Origin: Macrostomum hystrix
Taxonomy: Eukaryota > Animalia > Platyhelminthes
Assembly: GCA_950097015.1 (NCBI GenBank)
Contig: CATNEN010000003.1
Location: forward strand, 4,340,001-4,404,000
Length of the DNA: 64,000 bases
Reading direction: 5' to 3'
Shown here: piece by piece, positions 13,801-23,963 of the stretch
Numbering within the stretch: the first letter of the stretch is position 1
How the letters are laid out: the number at the start of each line of letters is the position of its first letter
Notes under the pieces: generated by a model
The model's database searches: none
Seen by the model: the letters and a program-made list of their open reading frames with translations, nothing else
What the model was told of the DNA's origin: nothing
Translations under genes and position numbers: made by a program

Positions 13801-14746
13801 GACCACTGAAAGACAGGGTTGTAATCCACTGAAAGACAGGCTTTGTAGACCACTGAAAGACAGGGTTGTAATCCACTGAAAGACAGGGTTCTAAACCACT
13901 GAAAGACAGGCTTTGTAGACCACTGAAAGACAGGGTTGTAATCCACTGAAAGACAGGGTTGTAACCCACTGAAAGACAGGGTTGTAACCCACTGAAAGAC
14001 AGGGTTGTAATCCACTGAAAGACAGGGTTGTAACCCACTGAAAGACAGGGTTGTAACCCACTGAAAGACAGTGCTGTAATCCACTGAAAGACAGGGCTGT
14101 AACCCACTGAAAGACAGTGCTGTAACCCACTGAAAGACAGGGTTGTAACCCACTGAAAGATAGGGCTGTAACCCACTGAAAGACAGGGTTGTAACCCACT
14201 GAAAGACAGGGTTGTAACCCACTGAAAGACAGGGTTGTTACCGACTGAAAGATAGGGCTGTAACCCACTGAAAGACAGGGTTGTAACCCACTGAAAGACA
14301 GGGTTGTAACCCACTGAAAGATAGGGCTGTAACCCACTGAAAGACAGGGTTGTAACCCACTGAAAGACAGGGTTGTAACCCACTGAAAGACAGGGTTGTA
14401 ACCCACTGAAAGACAGGGTTGTAATCCACTGAAAGACAGGGTTGTAACCCACTGAAAGACAGGGTTGTAACCCACTGAAAGACAGGGTTGTAACCCACTG
14501 AAAGACAGGGTTGTTACCGACTGAAAGATAGGGCTGTAACCCACTGAAAGACAGGGCTGTAACCCACTGAAAGACAGGGTTGTAACCTACTGAAAGACAG
14601 GGTTGTAACCCACTGAAAGATAGGGTTGTTACCGACTGAAAGATAGGGCTGTAACCCACTGAAAGACAGGGTTGTAACCCACTGAAAGACAGGGCTGTAA
14701 CCCACTGAAAGACAGGCTTTGTAGACCACTGAAAGACAGGGTTGTA
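10867..14746. repeat. 23/24-bp satellite (CCACTGAAAGACAGGGTTGTAAC and variants), ~165 copies with higher-order structure
   Basis: Invariant CACTGAAAGA core with variable second half; rare variants recur at a 1220-bp offset. Confidence 0.97.
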
Positions 14747-15212
14747 GCGAAGGATTTAGCGAAGGCCGAAGTTGGAGCCCGGATAGACAGGATGTGTTAC
14801 AAGATTACAATTCACATTATGTCCCGTGTCAAGCTGCAACATGCTACTGTCTGTAACCATGCCAAACAATAAGCTCGAGTTAAGATTAAAATTGCCAATA
14901 TACTAGCGCGTGCTTTTAAATGCCTATCTTATCTTTAGAAGCGTTTATAACATTATATTGTAACCAAGCGACAAGCTACGTTCGCTAACCAACTCAATTC
15001 AGTTTGAATGAGACGCAGACAAGTGCAGCTAAAAGTATGTACAAGATCAAGCTGCCCTCAACGTTAGAGGAGAGTAAAGTAAAGGAATTTTTTTTAACTG
15101 ACTAATCGACATTTTCAATCCGATATATGAACAAATTGGAAAGCCAGCTGACTCAACAGTAATAAGCAACAACTCGAATATCTAAAGCACTAAATTAATT
15201 ACCAACTAATGA

Positions 15213-15285
15213 GCCCGGATAGCTCAGTCGGTAGAGCATCAGACTTTTAATCTGAGGGTCCGGGGTTCGAGTCCCCGTTCGGGCG
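15213..15285 (+). tRNA. tRNA-Lys(TTT), identical to the copy at 6198-6270
   Basis: Same 73-nt sequence, followed by a T-run. Confidence 0.97.
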
Positions 15286-15494
15286 GTTATTTTTGTTAAT
15301 TTTTTATTTCTAATCTTAGTCGTGAATGGAAGAAATGTAAATCCGCTATTGTCTAGAGCAATAAGAAATTTAATTTTTTATTTATGTATTAGGTTAAAAT
15401 ATTTACTGACAGTTACAATTACGGTCGCAAAAAGCGTCATTTTCAAAACCTCAATATCCAAAAAATGAAAGTAAAAAAGAACAGAAGGATTTAA

Positions 15495-16343
15495 GATGCC
15501 AGTTTCGGAGTGAACAACAGAAGGATATCAGATGGCAGTTTCGGAGTGAACAACAGAAGGATATCAGATGGCAGTTTCGGAGGGAACAACAGAAGGATAT
15601 CAGATGGCAGTTTCGGAGGGAACAACAGAAGGATATCAGATGGCAGTTTCGGAGTGAACAACAGAAGGATATCAGATGGCAGTTTCGGAGTGAACAACAG
15701 AAGGATATCAGATGGCAGTTTCGGAGGGAACAACAGAAGGATATCAGATGGCAGTTTCGGAGTGAACAACAGAAGGATATCAGATGGCAGTTTCGGAGTG
15801 AACAACAGAAGGATATCAGATGGCAGTTTCGGAGTGAACAACAGAAGGATATCAGATGGCAGTTTCGGAGGGAACAACAGAAGGATATCAGATGGCAGTT
15901 TCGGAGTGAACAACAGAAGGATATCAGATGGCAGTTTCGGACTGAACAACAGAAGGATATCAGATGGCAGTTTCGGAGTGAACAACAGAAGGATATCAGA
16001 TGGCAGTTTCGGAGTGAACAACAGAAGGATATCAGATGGCAGTTTCGGACTGAACAACAGAAGGATATCAGATGGCAGTTTCGGACTGAACAACAGAAGG
16101 ATATCAGATGGCAGTTTCGGAGTGAACAACAGAAGGATATCAGATGGCAGTTTCGTAGTGAACAACAGAAGGATATCAGATGGCAGTTTCGGAGTGAACA
16201 ACAGAAGGATATCAGATGGCAGTTTCGTAGTGAACAACAGAAGGATATCAGATGGCAGTTTCGGAGGGAACAACAGAAGGATATCAGATGGCAGTTTCGG
16301 AAGGAACAACAGAAGGATATCAGATGGCAGTTTCGGAAGGAAC
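15495..16343. repeat. 36-bp minisatellite (GATGGCAGTTTCGGAGTGAACAACAGAAGGATATCA), ~23 copies
   Basis: Near-perfect array; explains the ORFs at 15451-16421. Confidence 0.96.
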
Positions 16344-16970
16344 AAGTTACAGAACTTCGAATTAAAAATAACGAAAACAGGGGCAAATCCTACTAGCGAA
16401 CAGACTTCTTTGTCCAAATAATAGTCAAGCCAAATTCCAGATCTTTTATATTTTCATGTCCAAAAATCGGACGTTGCAAGAAAAAAACACAGGTCTCAGG
16501 GTAGGCGAAGCTGTTTGTTTGGCGAAATTGTTACTAGCCAAACTTGGAGCTATAATTATCGAACGGTACGTCAGTCAGTCAGTTAAAGATTGCTCAAATT
16601 CCTTAAATATAGAAAATAATGGTTAACTCGCACAGGTTTCATTGAGATGGTAGGCAAATTAACAAATAAAACGAATAAATGTAAATCAAAAAGGTCACAT
16701 TGCCCCATTAATTCTGTGGGGACACTACAGCCACGGTCCGACCTATAATGGATTAGAAATTAGCTTTCAGGTCGCATAAAGGTGGTTAAAATATTCGCTC
16801 TTTAATATATATATAAAGTATGTAGTAGGCAGATAGTAATTAGTTCAGGCAGCAAATTAACTGAATGCTAGGCATGCAGCTGAATAGTAAATTCTTGCTT
16901 CATGATAAAACACTGAATAAATTAACTAATTTAGTACAAAGATGGAAATAACGGCAAGGTCCGCTTGTCA

Positions 16971-17440
16971 ATGACCGAAATCCTACAGTAGATAATGACC
17001 GTATTGTCTTAATTGACAATATGACAGAAATCCTTCAGTAGATAATGACCGTATTGTCTTAATTGACAATATGACAGAAATCCTACAGTAGATAATGACC
17101 GTATTGTCTTAATTGACAATATGACAGAAATCCTACAGTAGATAATGACCGTATTGTCTTAATTGACAATATGACCGAAATCCTACAGTAGATAATGACC
17201 GTATTGTCTTAATTGACAATATGACAGAAATCCTACAGTAGATAATGACCGTATTATCTTAATTGACAATATGACAGAAATCCTACAGTAGATAATGACC
17301 GTATTATCTTAATTAACAGTATGATCGAAATCCTACAGTAGATAATGACCGTATTGTCTTAATTAACAGTATGATCGAAATCCTACAGTAGATAATGACC
17401 GTATTGTCTTAATTAACAGTATGATCGAAATCCTACAGTA
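16971..17440. repeat. 50-bp minisatellite built from two ATGAC-led half-units, ~9 copies
   Basis: ATGACAGAAATCCTACAGTAGATA-ATGACCGTATTGTCTTAATTGACAAT, period 50. Confidence 0.93.
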
Positions 17441-17708
17441 AATGAAGACCATTTCGTCAAATTAACAAGGACCAAAGGTTTGTACTCAACAAAGACCAAC
17501 TAATAATAATGCACCTAACAACAGAACATTAATTGCAAGCAATTTTTTACTAACAAAAAACCGAATCGGATCAAAAGTACAATAAAAACGAAATTTTTGT
17601 CGCACTAGCGGGTCCTGATTAAGGCAGTAAAAGTTGGCGGAGACCAGAAAAAAACGAATAATTTGAACAATGTCAAGACAGTTTTGTCTGACTGTTTTTA
17701 TATTTTTT

Positions 17709-20700
17709 TTACTTCTTTCCGGCGGTCGAAGAAACTTTGCTTGTTTTAACGCTGGCAACTTTGTTTGGAACGGATAACTTGCAATTATTATTGTTATTAT
17801 TGTCACTGTTGTTGCTGCCGCCAATGGAGGTAGTAGTGGCGGTGCTTGCTGGCACTGCGGAAGAAGCGGCGGCAGCGCTGGCCGCGGTGAGGCAGTGGGC
17901 GCACAGCATGGCGTGACAGCTGTGACAGGAATCGGCCTGGAATAATTCGCGCAGATTTTGTCTGTAAGAGCCTGTTTCACTGTCTGTACTTTCGACAGTC
18001 ATTTTGGTATTTCTGTAAGCCTGTCATCCTGATCTGTAAGGTTTACCTGTCATAGTGTAAACCTGTCAAGCGTAAACCTGTCATATCATTCTTTCAGTCT
18101 GTTAGCTTCGTCTGAAAACCTGTCATCTTGGTCTGTAAGCCAGTTTTCCAGGTCAATAAGCCTGTTATTATGGTCTGTAAGTCTGTTATTATGGTCTGTA
18201 AGCCTGTTATCTTGGTCTGTTAGCCTGTTATTATGGTCTGTAAGCCTGTTATCTTGGTCTGTAAGCCTGTTATTAAGGTCTGTAGGCCTGTTTTCCAGGT
18301 TTGTAAGCCCGTTATTATGGTCTGTAAGCCTGTTATTATGGTCTGTAAGCCTGTTATTATGGTCTGTAAGCCTGTTATCCAGGTCTGTAAGCCTGTTATC
18401 CAGGTCTGTAAGCCTGTTATCCAGGTCTGTAAGCCTGTTATCCAGGTCTGTAAGCCTGTTATCCAGGTCTGTAAGCCTGTTATCCAGGTCTGTAAGTCTG
18501 TCATCCAGGTCTGTAAGATTGTCATACTGGTCAAAACAAGTCATACTGGTAAGCAAACAAGTCACCCATCTGTTTGCCTGTTGGACTAAGCAACACGGTC
18601 TTACAGTTCGTATTAATGCCTATAGACAGGTGGGATGAAACTCGCCTGTTTCTCCATGCGCTTAACCCTAGACTGAATCTTGGCAGCTCGCCTATCGGCC
18701 TTGGGCGCCATTGCGGCCAGATAGGGAATCTCGGTCACGTGCTCGCGAATAGCGGACACCAGGTGACTCTCTTCCACCGCCAAATCCTCGAGCGATTCGG
18801 GCCGCTGTAGGCTGCTGCCGGCGGCTCTGAGACTGGCCTGTGAGAATCATTTTGTCGAGCAGATTTCTTCGCTTTATTTTTGTTTGTTAAAACTTATAAA
18901 TGTTCAATAAAATATATTTCACAGTCTTACCTGGAATCGATAACAGATATTAAGGCTATTCTCCAATAGCAGCAGCTTATTATACTTTATCGAATCCCTG
19001 TCTAGGTAGGGGTGACGCTTGAGCACCTTTAGCAGACGCTTGTAGGCCTGAGTAAGGGAGAAATTGATGTTATTACAATTCAGAATAGATCTACTTATAT
19101 AACAGCAGAAGATACATGGGACATACTCAATTGAATTATCTGAAGAAGGATAAATAAATATACAAACGAATGAGGTGAAGGATAAAGACCTACTACAAGT
19201 AATCAAGAGGAGGAGAAATAACAAACAAATAAACTATAGGTTTAAGATCAGTGAAAGAAATGAGGGGAATAATTAATTTCTGCCTCTACGGAACGCAAAG
19301 TAGAAGACAATCGAATACAAATGTCAACAGGTATAAAAAGCTCACCTGCTTCTCCGAATAGCGCGAGTACACATTCTGCAGGCGACTGCGAGCAACTGAA
19401 TCAGCAGTTGGATCTACTTCGCAGTGGGGCAGGCCAACAGGCGAATGATGATCGGACACTGGGCCGATAAAGCCGAACGACATTGGCGACTGATATTGTC
19501 CGCCGCGATGTACAATCTGCTGTTGATAAAGCCGGCGCTGTTGCTGTTGCTGCTGTTGCTGGCGAAGCTGACTGTTGAACTTCTGCGCCGCGGAGCTCAC
19601 AGCCAGTGATGCCCGACGCTGTGTTTTGTCTAACGACAAAGCCGAAGCGGCTCCAGTTGCAGTTGAAGCGACATCGTCCGTTGCTGAATTAGCCGAAGCG
19701 CTAGTCGCCACATCGACGTCGCCAGTAGCTAGACAATCGTCAGCGAGCAGATCGAATTTCTCGCGTCCATCGGACCAGGGACTGATGCCGCTAAGTGCGC
19801 GCTTCGCCGCGCTAACGCCAAGGAGCTCTTCCGGCGTCAGGGTGCAAGTGCTGGACGATAGGCGCTTGCGAGAGGTCAACGGCCGACTCCATACGATTAG
19901 GGCTGGTGTGTCAGACCTAAGGTTAGGAGGGCGAACGAATTCGGGATTTTATAGATGGGAGAATTTCGAGTTTCAATAGCTACGGCTCTTGCTTCGATTC
20001 TAGCTGCAGCTCCTGCTTCGATTCTAGCTGCAGCTCTTGCTTCGATTCTAACTGCAGCTCCTGCTTTGCTTCCAGCTAAGAGTCGTGCTTCGATTCTAGC
20101 CGCGGCTCCTGCTTCGATTCTAGCTGCGGCTCTTGCTTCGATTCTAGCTGCGGCTCCTGCTTCGATTCTAGCTGCAGCTCCTGCTTCGATTCTGGCTGCA
20201 GCTCCTGCTTCGATTCTAACCGCAGCTCCTGCTTCGATTCTAGCTGCAGTTCCTGCTTGGATTCTAGCTGCAGCTCTTGCTTCGATTCCAGTGGCAGCTC
20301 CTGCTTCGATTCTAGCTGCAGCTCTTGCTTCGATTCCAGCGGCAGCTCCTGCTTCGATTCTAGCTGCAGCTCTTGCTTCGATTCTAACCGCAGCTCCTGC
20401 TTCGATTCTAGCTGTGGCTCCTGCTTCGATTTTAGCCACAGCTCTTGCTTCGATTCCAGCAGCAGCTCTTGCTTCGATTCTAGCTGTGGCTCCTTCCACA
20501 ATTCTGTAGCTAAACCTGTATCTGGGGTTCTATGGCTCCTGCTGACTTCTGCTACACTTTCTGTTGCAACTTTACTACGATACTAGCTGTGCCTATGTCT
20601 CTTGCAATTTGAACTTTGCAAATACTAGGCATAGGCCTAGTTGGAAAAGATTGCAACAATTCAAGGTTTAAGATTTCATAAAAGACACTTAGCTACTTAC

Positions 20701-20882
20701 TTTGAGCTAGGTACAACATACACTTGGGTCTCCCTGCCCTCAAAGTTAGGTACAGTTCCAGAGGTCTTCAATCCATCAGTTTTATCAGTAATAGTACTCT
20801 TTAAACGCTTGGCCTTTAACCCATCCAGAGTAAATTGAGCTAGAAGAGGATCTGAATTCAATTGCATTAGGCTGGTCTCCAT
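17709..20882 (-). CDS. Uncharacterised protein, 5 predicted exons (poly-Q/Ala low-complexity middle, helical C-terminal half, CxxC-x4-CxxC near the end)
   Basis: Exons 20882-20701, 19916-19346, 19047-18931, 18837-18646, 17936-17709; frames join across canonical sites. The last intron needs a GC donor; otherwise the ORF ends at a TAA shortly after 18646. No family recognised. Confidence 0.65.
18010..18520. repeat. 21-bp minisatellite (GGTCTGTAAGCCTGTTATCCA)
   Basis: Tandem array in the putative last intron of the 17709-20882 gene. Confidence 0.9.
19985..20492. repeat. 24-bp intronic minisatellite (GCTTCGATTCTAGCTGCAGCTCCT), ~21 copies
   Basis: Lies between the donor at 20700 and the acceptor at 19917 of the minus-strand gene. 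Confidence 0.92.
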
Positions 20883-21189
20883 GCTGACTGATATTAGTAT
20901 TCTGAAAGGTAGGTTTCTTCATAGAAATAGAAAAGATAAAAGAAATGCCAATATGAAAGAATAGGCCTATAATGTAACAGAAGGTGATAATTTAGTTTTA
21001 TATATTTAATATATAATAATACTATATAAAAATACTATATATATAATAAATATTTAATATTTAAGCTCTTAGCGCTAGATTTTAGCTCTAGCACTTTGCA
21101 AATAAATGACATAAGATCAGTTAGGCTTCTTATTAGGGCCTACTAGGCTGACTCACTCCATTTATGAATTCAAAGTTCAAATAAAACTT

Positions 21190-21357
21190 TTTAGGCCTAG
21201 CTATTTTTAGCTAGAGCCAATAATTTTTTTGATGTTGATGTTGCCTTATAGATTTCATTACCCTACTTTTAGGCCTAGCTATTTTTAGCTAGAGCCAATA
21301 ATTTTTTTTATGTTGATGTTGCCTTATAGATTTCATTACCCTACTTTTAGGCCTAGG
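21190..21357. repeat. ~78-bp tandem duplication bounded by TTTTAGGCCTAG
   Basis: Two near-identical copies of TTAGGCCTAGCTATTTTTAGCTAGAGCCAATAA...CCCTACTT. Confidence 0.85.
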
Positions 21358-21399
21358 AAGGGGGTCAGTGGCAGAGGAATTAGGCCTAATATGCTTAAA

Positions 21400-21725
21400 A
21401 TGTACATAAAAAGTTCATTTCTGCAACAAGGCCACATTCATTTGGGGTATAGCCACAGAGATAATGCAATTTATACCATAGAGGGCCAACCTCCAAGGCA
21501 CAGTGAGAGTGTACACTAGGCCCTACTTGATAAAAAGATGCACACACCTGTGAGCATATGACTGCATACAGTCTACATCCATGATCCATGTGCCCAATTG
21601 CTTAGGAGTCAGCTGTCAGCAATATGTACAGAATTGCCTCCTTGCAGGGTGCAGGTTTAAGTGTCACCAAATGATGAGCTTTTGCATGCAGCCTCCTGCA
21701 GTTTTATTATTATTAAATCTTATTA
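21400..21725 (+). mobile_element. Dispersed retroposon-like repeat with (ATT)n tail; further copies at ~23040-23270 (+), ~42930-43060 (-), ~48795-49005 (-)
   Basis: Shared core GAGGGCCAACCT..AAGGCACAGTGAGAGTGTACACT. Copies at 21.4 and 48.8 kb also share GTGTCACCAAATGATG...CCTCCTGCA followed by (ATT)n. Confidence 0.65.
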
Positions 21726-23313
21726 TTTTTATTAGGCCTAGCCTAGGAGTCCAGGACTTTGATTAGGCCTAGGTCCATATTTAGCACTAGGCCCCCTAGG
21801 CCTAGTATTTACAAGCCTTGCAAATTGAAAAGGCAACCATGGTGCTAGTGATCGCAATTTTATGTTTAGCTATAAGCATCTTACATAAATAGGCCTACAG
21901 TTCAACCTATAGTCTGATCCAATAATTAAAGTGCATGCAACAAAACAACAAAGGTCAAACTCGAGCAATAGTGCCCGCGGAAATGATATCAAAAATTGTA
22001 ATTAAAACATGCATTAATAAAAGCAATGTGCCGAGCTATATTCAGTGCACAGATTTTAGATATTTTTAATACTAGGCCTAACAGTCGTCATTTTTTTCTT
22101 AAAATATTCTACCCATGCAAGCAAGCTTTCTGGCCTTTTGACAAAGTCCAGCATGACCTAAATTTCGGCGCTTAAATTTGCGCAAAAAACTATTTTATTA
22201 CTGTTTAATTATAAATAAGTTCAAAGCGTCTATATATTTTTTTGATAGTTGATCGCTACATAATTAATACAAGAACAGTTTATTTCGCGTTAATTTTTTA
22301 CAAATGTTGTTTAATGCTATAACGCGTTTTAATTTTCTTTTTTTCAGAGATTTCTTACTTTTTCAGTGTCATCTGTCAAATTTCTCCCGACTCGTAGACT
22401 TACGAGTCTCGTACATTGATCAATCTGTCCCTTTTTGTTTGCTAGATTGATTGTAGCTATACAGCTCACTATTTAATGAAAAGGGCTCTGCCCATATGAT
22501 GCGTAGAACACTTGCAGTAATCGGAAGCGTAAATTCTTACATATTCTCAGTATTGTTTTCAGGTATAGTGAGGGTGACTAGCTTGGTAGGCCTAATTTAT
22601 TTAACTATTTATGAACATTTATTAAACGACTATGTATTTCCATTGTTTTCTTCTTTCAGTGCTTTGTAAAAAAATGAATTATAAGTAGTTGAATAGGCCC
22701 TAGTATGAACTAGGCCTAGGCCTATTTACTGAATTGCATTCTCCACTTCTCCCCTATCCTATAATTTTTAGAGGCAGTGTTTAAAAAAGTTTCAAATATA
22801 CTCATAGCTATTTAATTTCATAAAAGTTTATAACTAAGTAACTACTTGTTTGTTTGATTCTTAAGCATACTCAAATTTAGTGTCTAAATCATTTTTGTTG
22901 ATTTAAATTGTGTTCCCGTACCTATGACAGTCTATATTTTTTTTAAGAATTTCAGAATGTACAAAGAATTACACCTGCCCCAATTGGTCCAGATGTGCTG
23001 CAATAGTGCAATTTGCATCAAACAACTCAGCTGTAGCTATTGCACAGTGTATCTGAAATGAGGGCTATATATTGCTACTCAGGTTTGTCATGCTATTTAT
23101 GACCTTGGGGGCCAACTTCCAAGGCAAAGTGAAGTGTAAACTGCCTGAAAATGAGAAAGTCTGGGCAGTTGTACATACCTATATGATATACACCTGTATG
23201 TGTGTGCTCAGAAGTCAATGAAGTGGGCAAAATTGCTTCCTCACTAGCTGTGGGTCAGTGTTAACGAAAGATATACCATTGCCTAGTTCTCTCCTGGAAT
23301 TAGTATTTTATAA

Positions 23314-23695
23314 TGCAGTGCTTATCCCCACGGTACCGTAGAAATATTTTTTGTCTTATTCCTACGGTACCATGGGAATAATTTCCTGCTTATCCGCATG
23401 GCACACTGATGAGATAGCTGTTCTATCTTCAACATATTCCGTGGGAATAATTTTATATACTTAAAAAAGCCACCATATTGGTTAACTAATTGCAAAAAAA
23501 TCAGAAAACTTTAATTTGTTTACTTGCTTTGAAAAACCGGAAGAAAAAAAGAAAATTGCAGTCATGATAAAAAGATAGATGATACGGACAGCTATCTCGT
23601 CAGTGTGCCGTGCGGATAAGCAGGAAATTATTCCCACGGTACCATAGGAATAAGACAAAAATTATTTCTACAGTACCATAGGGATAAGCACTGCC
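23314..23695. mobile_element. Mutator-like MITE, ~105-bp TIRs, 9-bp TSD ATTTTATAA
   Basis: GCAGTGCTTATCCC...GAGATAGCTGT versus ACAGCTATCTC...GGGATAAGCACTGCC; TSD at 23305-23313 and 23696-23704. Confidence 0.8.
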
Positions 23696-23963
23696 ATTTT
23701 ATAATTTCAGTATTTCAGTAAAGTCAGGAAAATCAAACCCCCTAACCTTTAAGTCATAAATCTAATGCTCTAACCACTAACCTAAAATCCCTATTAGAGT
23801 CAGATTGAGTGTCAAATGGATTCAGTAATGTATCGCTTTGTATTTTTATTTCTGATCATCTAAGTTGTTGTAACTCCTATTTTTTATCTTGGCATTAGGG
23901 CATAAAAAACGTAACTTTAAAAGCAGTGACAAAATTGCAGCAAAGCAACTTGAGATTGACACA

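Noticed and set aside
10787-14729. Long ORFs up to 701 aa (LSFSGLQPC...)
   Set aside because: Translations of the satellite in all three minus frames; no unique sequence or splice support.
14775-14786. GAGCCCGGATAG, matching the start of the tRNA-Lys locus at 15211
   Set aside because: Only 12 nt, with no A/B box or cloverleaf; could be chance.
3702-16343. CRISPR-like arrays (32-, 23- and 36-bp repeats)
   Set aside because: Units are head-to-tail with no unique spacers, there are no cas genes, and the context is eukaryotic.
15451-16421. ~300-aa ORFs on both strands
   Set aside because: A 36-bp unit that happens to be stop-free; no other coding evidence.
18086-18565. Heptad coiled-coil-like ORF (LTDLDNR)n
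   Set aside because: It is a 21-bp minisatellite open in several frames, best placed inside an intron or 3' UTR; no phase-compatible splice sites found.
19897-20586. Ala-rich or Cys/Ser-rich repeat ORFs
   Set aside because: They lie inside an intron whose flanking exons join in frame without them.
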